Below, one piece after another: positions 29,817 to 45,052 of a stretch of 64,000 nt of DNA. This DNA is from the human T2T-CHM13v2.0 reference genome, Homo sapiens. The notes under the pieces were generated by a model. That model was not told the DNA's origin, made no database searches, and saw nothing but the letters and a program-made list of their open reading frames with translations. Position numbers and translations under genes: made by a program. Position 1 is the stretch's first letter, and each line of letters begins with the position of its first letter. The stretch is from assembly GCF_009914755.1 (NCBI RefSeq), contig NC_060930.1, one strand, 5' to 3'.

Positions 29817-30329
29817 CTGAAATGAGGAGGGAAAAACAGTTTATTTCATTTTACTCTTTTAATTTTTAAGACATTTTCCCACACCAAGATATTAATGCTA
29901 TCACTATGAAAAAATTACATCAAATTAAGTTTGGTTATCTTAACAAAAAGGTAATGCTTATCATTAATGACTCAATCTAAATATAGTTAGTTACAATTAT
30001 TAGTCATCATTTTAAACAAATATTCCATTGATCAGAAATAGATTATATTACTATTTAGTCCCTTTGGGGCATAAGGGAAAAATACTGTCACTTTAAAAAT
30101 GTTCATAAAATAATATGCTTTACATTATCACTTCAAATAAACTGAGCATATTTTTCAGTTTATTATTCTACTTGCACAACAAACATTAAAGTTTTCAAAG
30201 CTTGAATTCAGTGGTCAACAAATGTTATATCCTTTTAGAAATGAGAAGCAAATCATGTATCTAATTCTTTCAAAAGAAAAAAATCCTGAAGGACGAAACA
30301 TCACTATAGCCTCCCTTAGCCAACTATAT

Positions 30330-30389
30330 AGAAAGTATGATTACAGTTTCAAAATCAATAGAAAGTATGATTAAAGTTTCAAAATCATA
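30330..30389. repeat. 30-bp tandem duplication
   Basis: tagaaagtatgatta(c/a)agtttcaaaatca x2. Confidence 0.88.
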
Positions 30390-30695
30390 TTTATTTATTT
30401 ATTATTTTTTTTGGAGGCAGAATCTTGTTCTGTTGCCTAGGCTGGAATGCCATGGAGCAATCACAGCTCACTGCAGCCTCAAACCCTTGGGCTCAAGTAA
30501 GCCTCCCACCTCAGCCTCCTGAGTAGCTGGGACTACAGGCATGTATCACTATGCTGGGCTAATTTTTTTAGTTTTTTAGAGACGGGGGTCCCACTACGTT
30601 GCCTAGGCTGGTCTCGAACTCCTGAATTCAAGTGATCCTCTCACCTTGGACTCCCAGAATGCTGGGATTACAGGTGTGAGCCAGAGCGCCTAGCC
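30390..30695 (-). mobile_element. AluJ-like
   Basis: Antisense Alu dimer ~65 bp from the exon 12 donor. Confidence 0.9.
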
Positions 30696-30759
30696 TCAAA
30701 ATCAAATACATTTTTAGATCGTGAATAACCAATTTCTCACAGTAGACTTGTTTACTTAC

Positions 30760-30902
30760 CACTATTTTCATCTGCAGTTCCATCTAACTGAGGTATAGAA
30801 AGACTGGCTAGAAGCAAACTGTTATCACTCCATTCCATTTCTTCTCCTGAAGATGAGTCATCATCTTCAGTTGAACTTCTGTGGGTATTTCTGCACAGTG
30901 AT
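30760..30902 (-). CDS. REV3L: REV3L coding exon 12 (143 bp): SLCRNTHRSSTEDDDSSSGEEMEWSDNSLLLASLSIPQLDGTADENS, including the Taspase1-type site QLD/GTAD
   Basis: ctccAG|ATCACT and AGTG|GTAAGT. Confidence 0.97.
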
Positions 30903-30962
30903 CTGGAGAACATTAAAATTCACTGGTGAGCATGATCATTAGTAAAGACCATCTCAGATGCA

Positions 30963-31039
30963 AATAATGCATCTAAGTTAACTCTATAATAATGTATCTA
31001 AGTTAACTATAATAATGTATCTAAGTTACTCTATAGTAA
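30963..31039. repeat. Three-copy tandem repeat of ~23-25 bp
   Basis: (taatgYatctaagttaactctataa)-like units. Confidence 0.85.
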
Positions 31040-31559
31040 AACAATACAAAAAATCTGAAAATTGTAACTTCTAGAAAAGCATATTTACTTTGCTTTATTA
31101 ACATGTCTTACTATAGTAACTTACAAAGAGTTATTATAATTAGACTTCATAATCCCTTTCATGTGAGCTAAAATACACCACAATTCCTGCATTCTGAATT
31201 GGAAGAAACAAGAATAAAAAGATGAGTGAAGGGGCATTGAGGTCAGGGCTGAAGAGAAAATGCTGAAGAAGAGAGAGGGTAATAGGAAGTAGTAAAGGTG
31301 TTCAGTCAACCTGACAATAACTACAAAGGGTTACTGAGAAATTCAGATGGACAGTGAAGTCCAGTCTTTAAGTTTCATCTCATATTGGTATTAACTTGAT
31401 GTTTTCCCTTTTAATTGAATGGGCAAACTTTTTTCCTATCCATACCCAATTTTTTCTTTCACTAATCTCAACAATTTGAAATTATTATTATTTTATTATA
31501 CTTATTATACTGGAACTGTTTTTCCATTAAGCCTTTCCAAATCACAATTTATCATAAAA

Positions 31560-32070
31560 ATCACTCCCTTAAGAGCTGAAAGAGGTATCAGAGGTCCAGT
31601 CCAACTTTCTACCCAATGCGAAAACCTCATTTTTAACGAACCTGACACAATCTCTGTTTTTACATAATCTGTATAAGGGGCTTGCTGTCTCACAGGGCAA
31701 TCTTTCCACTGTTAATGGCTTTAATTATTCATAGTTGTCTTCTTGTAATACACAAACTCTTTCAACTTCCATACATGATTCCTATTTTGTTCTCTGTAGC
31801 TATACAGAGCAGGTTGATGTCATTTTCCACATGATAATCTTTAAAATACATAAAGGCATTTCTCATTCATCTTGTAATTCTAATTAGATCAAACATTCTC
31901 CATTCAAAAGTTCTTCAAAAGTGACAATGCTCACAGATCCTTCTAGTTTTCTTCCTCTTCTTTCCCTTTCCTTTTTCAGTATTCTTAAAATATGGTACTC
32001 AGCACAGAATATAATATCCAATATAAAGAGCAGAATTAACTAAACCCTTTTCTAGACACCATGCTTCTAC
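31560..32070. mobile_element. L3/CR1-like ancient LINE relic
   Basis: ttcttaaaatatggtactcagcacagaatataatatcc resembles the CR1 conserved segment. Confidence 0.45.
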
Positions 32071-33040
32071 TATTCAATCTCTCTCTAATATATGTGTACA
32101 AAATGTTTAGGTTTGTTTTCCCAAGGTTAAATTGGGCATGGTTTTCACCAAATTGGTTCAGCCACTGAACATACAAACATAAATTTAATCATAGGATTGA
32201 CTATGCCTATTATTACAGCAGTGACAATGTTAGAGGAAAGAATTTAACATCACATCTGGAGATTTCTATATCTGATTTATTAAGTAGAAAAATAAAAACT
32301 TTCATCATATACATGTAAACACTGAATTTATGGATTAACCTGTTTCACCTTTCAGTGATGGCTTTGGGTTGGAAATTTCAAATACAGACTAAAAAAGTTC
32401 TAATCTAGCCTATAGAAGTTTAAAGGAGAGGCATACTCAGTCTTTCAGGCTCATAGGCCTAGATTTTTCTATACACAGAGCATATAACTAAAGGGCAGAC
32501 TCAAACCAATCAAGTTCACAGAGACTGATTTAGAAAACCACAACACCAACTTATTCATTTATTTTGAGAAACAAACCACAACACCAGTGTTTGCTTCTTA
32601 GTCTTTTATTTATTTGTTTTTAACCTTAGTTCCCTTAGTCTAATCAGAGCCCAAAACCATACCCTGTCTTCAGGCTGACTCTATACATTGTTGTTCTGAT
32701 ACCCAACAGTTCAACTATCACAGGGCATTCTTTTTCTTAAGTTCTAAGATAAGAAGGCACTTCAATTTTGCTCCATTTATCACTCACATATGTTAATACT
32801 GTGTATATAAATGGATAACTTCTAAAAGTTAGGTTAATCTTTTAAAATGTAGCAAAACTTTATTTTGCTTGGAATATGGAGTATACGCCATATGAAAAAC
32901 AGATCACTAAAGGGGAATTTTAAAACATCAATTTAGTTCATAAGGTATTTTATATCATGAACAATAGTAATAAATAATTTCTGATTGAAGGACAATAATG
33001 ATAAAAGTTAATAAAACAACTGCAATAACTAAAAAATTAC

Positions 33041-33278
33041 CTCTTTTTGGCACAATGTTCTTCAATATTGCTGTCCCATCTCTGGGACATCACCAAACTA
33101 AGCTCCATTTCCTCTTTTTCAATCTGTGGTTCATTTTCTTCATCATCACTATTTTGTGGATATTTATTATTTCCAAAGGAGCGACATGGTGATGGCATCC
33201 TATTTCTTTCCCCCCGATATCCATCACTTTCCAAACCAGCAAGAAGATGTACCAGAGCCTCATCAGGACTACTGTCCA
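33041..33278 (-). CDS. REV3L: REV3L coding exon 11 (238 bp): MDSSPDEALVHLLAGLESDG...EEHCAKKR
   Basis: tttatAG|TGGACA and AGAG|GTAATT; ORF 33037..33279. Confidence 0.97.
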
Positions 33279-33312
33279 CTATAAAACAAGTACAATAATC
33301 ACCAACAAATAA

Positions 33313-33617
<305 letters not shown>

Positions 33618-34383
33618 TGTTTTCTTAATAATCCAACAATTCAGATCACTCAGAATAAAATAACAACATCATAGATACTGGCACAGGCTGAAAGAATACA
33701 GTTGGTACAAAGGCTCAGGTGTTGAGGTAGCTCTCCTATCAAAGTTGATCCTTGGACCACCTGCATTAGAGTAATTTAGGGACATTATTAAAATAACATT
33801 GTTGTGTGCTCCAGCCAGGGCTGCCTGGGACTGCACAGGGTCTTGGCCGTGGGTACAGCTCAGCACTGTCAGCCCCTAGTTGGGAGGCCTTGCCAGGGAA
33901 GGCTGGCAGTGGCTGCAGGAAGCCTGAGATGCCACTCAAGGGGAGGCCACTGAAGGACTGGTTGAGTGCAGCCCTGGCCAGTGAGATGAGGAGGCTGGGA
34001 CCATGGCCCTAGCCACCCGTGTTTCCTCCGGTGAAATTTGTGATACTCACCAAGAAAGAACCACTTATGGTGTTTTAGTAATGTACTGAACTTTGCAAAA
34101 TATTAATTCAAAATAAATGCATTTTCCTTCTTAAGTAATACGGTTTTCCGTGAATCAAAGTACAGTTAAAAAAACTATTTTCTTTCACAAATTTTTTTAA
34201 GCTGTATAGAAAAAAAGCAAAGCTACTTGATTTAATGCAAGGTTTCATTTTCATATTCAGTAGAGTGTTTACTGAACATGCAACATTTACCTCTTCAAGT
34301 CAATAAAAAAAAAAATGCCTCTTCACAACACACATTTTCTCTGAATTACAATACTGAATATTTATGGTAGCACTGTTACTTAC

Positions 34384-34503
34384 TGAAAACAGGTGACTCA
34401 CTCAGTCTTTGGGTCAAAGGCTGAAAAGTCTGACTATTTTCCATAAGGTTCAAAATTGCTTCTTCATTAATAAGAGCTTCTTCCACTTTGTGTCTAGTGT
34501 GAC
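34384..34503 (-). CDS. REV3L: REV3L coding exon 10 (120 bp): GHTRHKVEEALINEEAILNLMENSQTFQPLTQRLSESPVF
   Basis: attaAG|GTCACA and TTCA|GTAAGT; phase 1/1. Confidence 0.96.
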
Positions 34504-35214
34504 CTTAATTTGACAAAGAATAAAAAAAATTGAAGCAATGGCCTAAATCCAAAATTTATCATTTAGAATTTGTGTAAATTTGGAAGCATTACCATATAAA
34601 CCTATTTTAAATTTCAAAATGTTAATGATGCATGCCAAATAAAAGCATAATAAAAAGCCACAGAAATATTTAACCAGTCACATGGATTTATCAAAACAAA
34701 CACTGAATCTATAAATCACCAAATATTTATAACCTCTTTAATCCTACTTAATGTGTGTAGTTATATTACTCTGATAAAAATCACTGCATATTCAAATATA
34801 TAAAGTGAAAAGGAAAGATAAACTATCTTATTTGAATACTAAAATTCTTTATTCTCTATGGTTCAAAAACAACAAATTTAGAATAAATGTTTTTGAACTC
34901 TCCTAGAAAAAAAAAATTGACAGTGCTCATTATTTGACACATGTGTATTGGACTCTCTTTTGAATGCATAAAAAATAAAGAGCTTAGTGTAATCCCTAAT
35001 GGGGCGTGTGTTGGTTTTTCATGCCTGTTTGTGAACTGTAGTTGTGGTTTCCCATTTCATTGCCATAACTGGGCAGAAATAGTTTTTAAGTGCTATAAAA
35101 ATACAAAGAAATGGTTAAGCAATTAAAAAATTCATTTTACATTAATATTTTTCAGAAAGCTTTCATTATATATCACATTCATTACATTTTCATGATATCA
35201 AAAAATATTAGTCC

Positions 35215-38200
35215 ATGTGGCCATATGGAATCCTCCAACAATTGCCGTCCCCTGAAGGAACACCAAACTGAACTACCCACACAAGAAAGCGCCTTCATTA
35301 GAATAAAAAATCAGGAGAGCAATCACAGTACTTGGTTTTAACAACGTATCAAGGAAAGAGGCAGCGAAGAGGGTAGAAAAGACAGTCGTGAATTGCTGAC
35401 AGCACCTCCCATCTCTCAGGCAGTGGTCTTGAGGCACGGAGAGAGAAATCTGTGCTTAGGAGAGACAGAACAGAGTGAATATGGGACTTTGCTTTGCATT
35501 GGAACTCAGTGCTACCCTGTCACAGTGGAAAGCAACGTCCCTGTCACAGTGGAGAGCGACACGGAATAGAATTTAGCCAGCACCCATGAGGAGAGGATTT
35601 GACCAGCCCCAGCCAGAGGGAAACTGCCCATCCCAGCAGTCCAGAACCTGAGTTGCAGCCAGCCTTACTACTATGGGCTAAAGTGCTTTGGGATCCTAAA
35701 TAAACTTGAAAGCCAGTCTTATCCACAAGGACTGCAATTCTTGGGCAAGTCCCAGTGCTGTGCTGGGCTCAGAGCCAGTAGACTTGGGGTACACGCGCCT
35801 GGTGAGAGAGTAGCTGGGGCAGCTAAAGAATTATTTGTGTCACCCCCCCTCCCCCAACCTTCACAGTCCCAGGCAGCACAACTCGCAGCTCCAGAAGACT
35901 CTTTCATTCCACAAGAGGACAGGAGAGGAAGGAGTGAAGAGAACTTTATCTTGCAACTTGGATACCAGCTCAGCCACAGTAGAGGAGGTAGAGTCGTGAC
36001 ACACATATTCCAGGCCCTAACTCCTGGATGACATCTCTAAACACACCCTGGGCCAGAAGGGAACCTGCTGCCTTGAAGAGAAGGACTCAGACCTGGCAGG
36101 GTTCATCACTTGCTCACTAAAGAGCCCTTTGGCCTTGAGTAAACACAAGTGACACTCAGGCAGTACTTGCTGCAGGCCTCGGGTGAGACCCAGGGACATG
36201 CTGACTTCAGGTGTGACCCAGTGCATTCACAGCACTGGGAAAAATTGAAAGCCCGTTCTCTAAGATCTGGAACAAGACAAGGATGCCTAGTTTCACCACT
36301 GTTATTCAACACAGTACTAGAAGTCCTAGTTAGAGTAATCAGACAAAAGAAAGGAATAAATAAAGTGCATCCAAATTGGAAAGGAAGAAGTCGAATTATC
36401 CTTATCTGCCGATGGTATGATCTTATATTAGGAAAAACCTATAGACTCCACCAAAAAACAAATTCAGCGAAGTTGCAGGATACAAAATCAACATATGAAA
36501 ATCAGTAGCATTTCTATATGCCAACAGTGAACAATCTGAATAAGAAACCAAGAAAGTAATCCCATTTACAATAGCTACAAATAAGATACTTAGGAATAAA
36601 CTTAACCAAGTAAGTGAAACATCCCTACAATGAAAACTATAAAACACTGATGCAAGAAATTGAAGAGTACACCAAAAAATGGAAAAGATATTCCACGTTC
36701 ATGGATTGGAAGAATCAATACTGATAAAATGTCCATGCCTACCCAGAGCAATCTACAGATTCAATGCAATCCCTATCAAAATACCAATGATATTCTTCAC
36801 AGAAACAGAAAAAAAAAATCCTAAAATTTATAAGGAACCACAAAAGATCCCGAATAACCAAAGCTACTCTGAGCAAAAAGAACAAAACTGGAGGTCACAT
36901 TACCTGACTTCAAATTATACTACAGAGCTATAGTAATCAAAACGGCATGATACTGGCATAAAAACAGGCACACAGACCAATGGAATAGAGAACCCTGAAA
37001 TAAATTCATGACTGCAGTGAACTCGTTTTTGATGAAGGTGCCAAGAACATACCTTGGGGGAAAGAACAATTTCTTCGATAAATGGTGCTGAGACATTGGA
37101 TATCTACATGCAGAAGAATGAAACTAGACCCTGATCTCTCCACCATATTCAGAAATTAAATCAAAATGAATTAAAGACTTAAATCTAAGACTCAAACTAT
37201 GAAAATACTAAAAGAAAACATTGGGGAAACTCTCTAGAATATTGGTCTGAGCAAAGATTTTTTGGGAAATATCCCCAAAGCACAGGCAATCAAAGCAAAA
37301 GCAGACAAATGGGATCATATCAAGTTATTATACAAAGCTTCTGCACAGCAAAGGAAACAATCAACAAAGTGAAGAGACAACCCACAGAATGGGAGGAAAT
37401 ATCTGCAAACTATCCATCTGACAAGGGATTAATAACCAAAATATATATAACTCAATAGTAAAAAATCTAATAATCCAATTAAAAAATCGGCAAAAGATCT
37501 GAACAGACATTTCTCAAAAGAAGATATACAAATGGCAGACAGGTGAAAAGATGCTCAACATCACTGATCATCAGATAAATGAAAATCAAAATTACAATGA
37601 GAAATCATCTCACCCTAGTAAAAATGGCTTTTATCCAAAAGACAGGCAATAATGAATGCTGGCAATGATGTGGAGGAAAGGGAACTCTCGTACACTGTTG
37701 GTAGAAATGTAAATTAGTACAGCCACTATGGAGAACAGTATGAAGGTTCCTTAATAAACTAAAGATAGAACTACCATATAATCCAGCAATCTCTCTACTC
37801 GGTATTTATCCAAAGGAAATGAAATTGGTATGTCGAGTTGAAGAGATATCTGCACTCCCATGTTTATCACAGTCCTATTCACAACAGCCAAGATTTGGAA
37901 GCAATCTAAGTGTCCATCAACAGATGAATGGATAAAGAAAATGTGGTACATTTACATAATGGAGTACTACTCAGCCATAAAGAGAATGAGATCATGCCAT
38001 TTCCAACAACATGGATAGAAGTGGAGGACATCATGTTATGTGAAATACGCCAGGCACAGAAAGACAAACTTTGCATGTTCTCACTCACTTGTGGGGGCTA
38101 ATTAATAATTTAAACAATGGAACTCATGGAGATAAGAGAGTAGAATGATGGCTGCCAGAAGCTAGGAAGGGTAGTAGGGTGGGGTGGGGAAGTGGGGATG

Positions 38201-38470
38201 GTTAATGAGTACAAAAAAATAGAAGGAATAAGATCTAGTATTTGATAGCACAACACGGTGACTACAGTCAACAATAATCTATTGTATATTAAAAAATAAC
38301 TAAAAGTATAATTGGAATGTTTGTAACACAAAGAAATATATGCTTGAGGTTATGGATACCCCATTTATCCTGATGTGGTTATTACATTGTATGCCTGTAT
38401 AAAAATCTCTCATGTACCCCATAAATATATATGTCTACTATGTACCCACAAAAATTAAAAAAAATTTAAA
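35215..38470 (+). mobile_element. L1M/L1MA element: 5'UTR (~35215-36235) joined directly to the 3' half of ORF2 and the 3'UTR
   Basis: ORF2 remnants [23 protein letters not shown] and [13 protein letters not shown]; L1MA-type 3' end tgtacccacaaaaattaaaa. Confidence 0.9.
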
Positions 38471-38489
38471 AGTAAAATGTAAAATTTCA

Positions 38490-40700
<2,211 letters not shown>

Positions 40701-40823
40701 TGCTATATCCACAATATTTATTTCATAGGGAAAAAAATCCCTAGCAAACTCAATCAAATATTAACATCTCAGTGCTAGATATCTGTTCTAGTAGTTTCTG
40801 TATACATGAAAAGAAAATCTTAC

Positions 40824-40972
40824 CTTTGCTTGACTCTTTGTCTTTGTGAACTTCTACCATATTGGCTGGTGTACACTGAAGCATTTCAGGAGACAGAACC
40901 TCAGAGTGCAATGTTAACTCAGCAGAGAACTCCTGGGATCCATCGCTGTAGTCCACAGATCCTGATAATGTT
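40824..40972 (-). CDS. REV3L: REV3L coding exon 9 (149 bp): VTLSGSVDYSDGSQEFSAELTLHSEVLSPEMLQCTPANMVEVHKDKESSK
   Basis: aagcAG|AACATT and AAAG|GTAAGA; overlaps ORF 40750..40956. Confidence 0.97.
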
Positions 40973-41059
40973 CTGCTTAATTAAAACATATCCTTTATAA
41001 CAGACTACATAACAAAGGAATAAAATTAGTTCTGAGATCTATAATAAATAACCACTTAC

Positions 41060-41144
41060 ACAGAGAAATCATTCTGTTTGAGAATTTCCTGAAGTCTCTT
41101 CTGAAATTTTTTTTCACTTTCTGTTGCTGGCACAAACCTGTGAT
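41060..41144 (-). CDS. REV3L: REV3L coding exon 8 (85 bp): DHRFVPATESEKKFQKRLQEILKQNDFS
   Basis: tcaaAG|ATCACA and TCTGT|GTAAGT; followed by an 87-bp intron. Confidence 0.96.
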
Positions 41145-42164
41145 CTTTGAATTTTAAAAGTGCATTAAAAAATGTAAATAGCAAATGAATGAAATATTTT
41201 CCCTTCTCCTAAAGTAGCTTTAAAAATGGTGGCAATTTCCTATCTTTCTCTAGATATACATAATACAACCTAACTGTAGTTTTACCATAGAATCACACAA
41301 AAGAGAAACGGTTGTTACTAAAGTTATAAAATTAGGCACTTAAGTCAGTTCAAGATTAAGTTCTATAATTATAATCTAAATCTAAAACAGAAAAATTGTT
41401 CTCTACCTATAAATATATTGTATCCTAAAGCTAAAAATTTCCCCTCATAAAATATATTTCTATTTTTAAAAGTATAAAAGGCACTCAAAGTTTATCAAAA
41501 CATTTTTAGTGCCTAAGATATAATAATTTTAATTGAACTTCAATATAGGCTTACTGCTGTATTTTGAAATAATATATCTGCCTTTTGAATGATGTCGTTC
41601 ACTCTTTTACCTTTATTTTTAAAACTGTTGTATCCATGGTATTATCTAAACCCCCTCGAATTCTTTTTGAATGTGGCACCATTTAGCAATAAATGTTTCT
41701 TTAGAGCTGTACATATTGAACAAAGTGAGAGCTTATATGACATACTCAGAAAATAAACTGTGGGCAGCATTTCAATGGCTACATTTTCAAAGCTTAATGT
41801 ATTAAACAGTGTTTCTAAGTTGAGATTCATGATCTTCTGTGAGTTTTCTATAGCTCATTTGGAAATACAGAGGGCTAGAACATACTAGAGAATGAAAACA
41901 AAAAAGTGAGGCAAGAGGACAAGGTACATTAAAAACAAAGAACAGTAAAAACGTCAACTTCTTACAAAGAGATAATAAGCGACAATTGGAGACAGCTGTA
42001 AAGATAAATAGTGGCTGTACAGCAATGACAACAAGAAAAATACATACAAAATATAAAGGTCATTTGAAAAGTAAAATCTAATGTCAAAGGAACAACTCAA
42101 TGACAAACTTTTCCATTAAAATACTTGATTTAAAAGAATAATCAGAGCACTATTAGGTTTATAC

Positions 42165-42269
42165 CTTGTGACTCAGGTTGGCTCATTTGAGAAGTTTCAT
42201 TTCTGTTTCTTCGCCGTTGCTTTTCATCTTCCCATATGGCCTGTAGACCAGGGTTTCCACCAATTTGAG
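42165..42269 (-). CDS. REV3L: REV3L coding exon 7 (105 bp): AQIGGNPGLQAIWEDEKQRRRNRNETSQMSQPESQ
   Basis: ttacAG|CTCAAA and CAAG|GTATAA; conserved GLQAIWEDE motif; phases match neighbours. Confidence 0.97.
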
Positions 42270-42745
42270 CTGTAATCACAATAATACTTCAATACTACAG
42301 GGTCAAAGTAAGAAATGCCTAAAAAATCTAAACTTTTCTTTAACAAATACTGCCTTTAAAAAAACCAATCACATATTTTGTGTAATAAAGTGGACAAATT
42401 ATCCCAACCTACACTTACTATGTTACTCCTTTTTTAGTTTTCTTCCTAGTGGTTCCCCAAAATCCAGCAAGTGAATACAATTCAAACATCTGATGATAGT
42501 CAATAGACCTAAGAGTCCCTTTGCTGATATATAATATGAAAATTAAGAAATTAAAAGGCACAGTACATTAAATTGCTTTATATTAGCTAATTTTATTTAG
42601 TGTCACACTTATTTTAGTATCATCTATTCAAATATAGTCATTTGGACAAAAATATAAACAAAAAATTAATACCTCATCAGAAGTATAGAAGCAATCTTCG
42701 TAACATTTTGTATCCTCCTTCTATAATATCTTAGTTTCCTCGTAA

Positions 42746-43083
<338 letters not shown>

Positions 43084-43136
43084 GGTCATTAATTTTAAAA
43101 AATAAAAACATATATTAAGAATAATTGTGTATGAAC

Positions 43137-43231
43137 CTTCAATGTCCAGACGATTTAAGATATCAGCAGCTACAGCATCCACTTCTAATTCACATGTACT
43201 CTGTGGTTCAACACCTTCCAATATTAAAGAG
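43137..43231 (-). CDS. REV3L: REV3L coding exon 6 (95 bp): [32 protein letters not shown]
   Basis: ttgcAG|CTCTTT and GAAG|GTTCAT; within ORF 43018..43257. Confidence 0.97.
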
Positions 43232-44105
43232 CTGCAATTAAAGGATATAAAAAACATAATAATTATGTGAGAGCAAACTTTCTAACATTTTTCTTACTTA
43301 TACAATTATCTTACATTTAGCTTGTACCCAGAAAACCTGATATATTAATTCACAATTATTCTGACAAAATTGATACTTTATATGTATATATAATGAAAAA
43401 TAGGATGAGAAAAATACAAAACATATTATACTGACTACCCTAGATCCTTTTGAAGTAAATTCTACGTATTTTGGTTCATTATATTTTATATAAAAGGAAT
43501 ATAAAACGTTTTAGCATATGGTTATACCCGGGGCAGAATGGGATAGGATAATATAAAAACCTCAGAGGAATGCATAAAAAACCATACACATATGAAATCA
43601 GTTGCCTAGAGACATCTTTTTCAGTATTCAAAAAACAAGGGAGAACATGCAATAAAAGGGAAGGTGAGCACACTGAGAAATGGGCAAACGATATTCACCA
43701 TTCTTCCTGCCCTCAACTACTGCTGAGATAGGGAATACTTTAAAATTCTTCATAACTACAGAACTGATAAAATGTATGAATGATCAACAGTGGGATCATA
43801 GCTAGGAAAAGTAATGATATCACCAGGTCATTAATTTTTATGAGAACTACAAAGGATTGTTTCCCAGTCAGGATCTTTGACTCAAAAGCATTTGCTTTTC
43901 ATCAGTGCCCCAAAAGAGAAGATAAAGAAGACACCACATAATTGACCCTACTTAACAGAATGAAGAGATAACATCTAGTGTGGATCCTAGTTTACTCATT
44001 CCAAAATTTAGGCCTTGTACAAAAATGGACACCAAGTGGAAAAGGGGAGATCCTTAATTTTACTACAAAGTGGTTGATGACATATTTCATTAACTTTTGA
44101 TTTGA

Positions 44106-44418
<313 letters not shown>

Positions 44419-44696
44419 TGAAACACTTTTTAATGTTTTAAGAAAAACATGTTAGCAAAAACTCATTTTCCATTGTCTATTTTAAAGGAAATTTTGATGG
44501 AATATTACATGTTAGTTGTTAAACCACAGAATTTTCACAACTCAAATAATATACGTATATATGTAGTCACAAGTATATATTTAGATGTTCAAACACACGT
44601 ATCTTTTCACCATTGATAGAGAAGGAATATAATTAGCCAACCTATCATAATATATTCCTTTCTCTTTCAGAAAAAATATTTCTCAATATAGATTGT

Positions 44697-45052
44697 CAGC
44701 TGCGCTTGGTGGCTCATGAATGTGATCCCAGCTTCGGCTTGGGAGGCCAGCCTGAGCAATATAGTGAGACCTCATCTCTACAAAAAATTTTTTTAAATTA
44801 GCCAGGCATGGTGCTGCACACCTGTAGTCCCAGATACTTGGGAGGCTGAGCATTATAGTAAGACCTCACCTCTACAAAAATTTTTAAAAACTAGCCAGGC
44901 ATGGTGTTGCACACCTATAGTCCTAGATTCTTGGGAGGCTAAGGTGGGAGGATCACTTGAGCCCAGAAGGCGGCGGTCGTAGTAAGCTGAGATTGTGCCA
45001 CTGACCTCCGGTCTGGGCAACAGCGTGAGACCTTGTCTCAACAACAACAAAA
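44697..45052 (+). mobile_element. AluJ-like with internal deletion and ~94-bp internal tandem duplication
   Basis: Two copies of gagca(a/t)tatagt(g/a)agacctca...cttgggaggct. Confidence 0.88.

Noticed and set aside
36149-36933. Reverse-transcriptase-like ORFs
   Set aside because: Decayed L1 ORF2 fragments with multiple frameshifts; not an intact or novel RT system.
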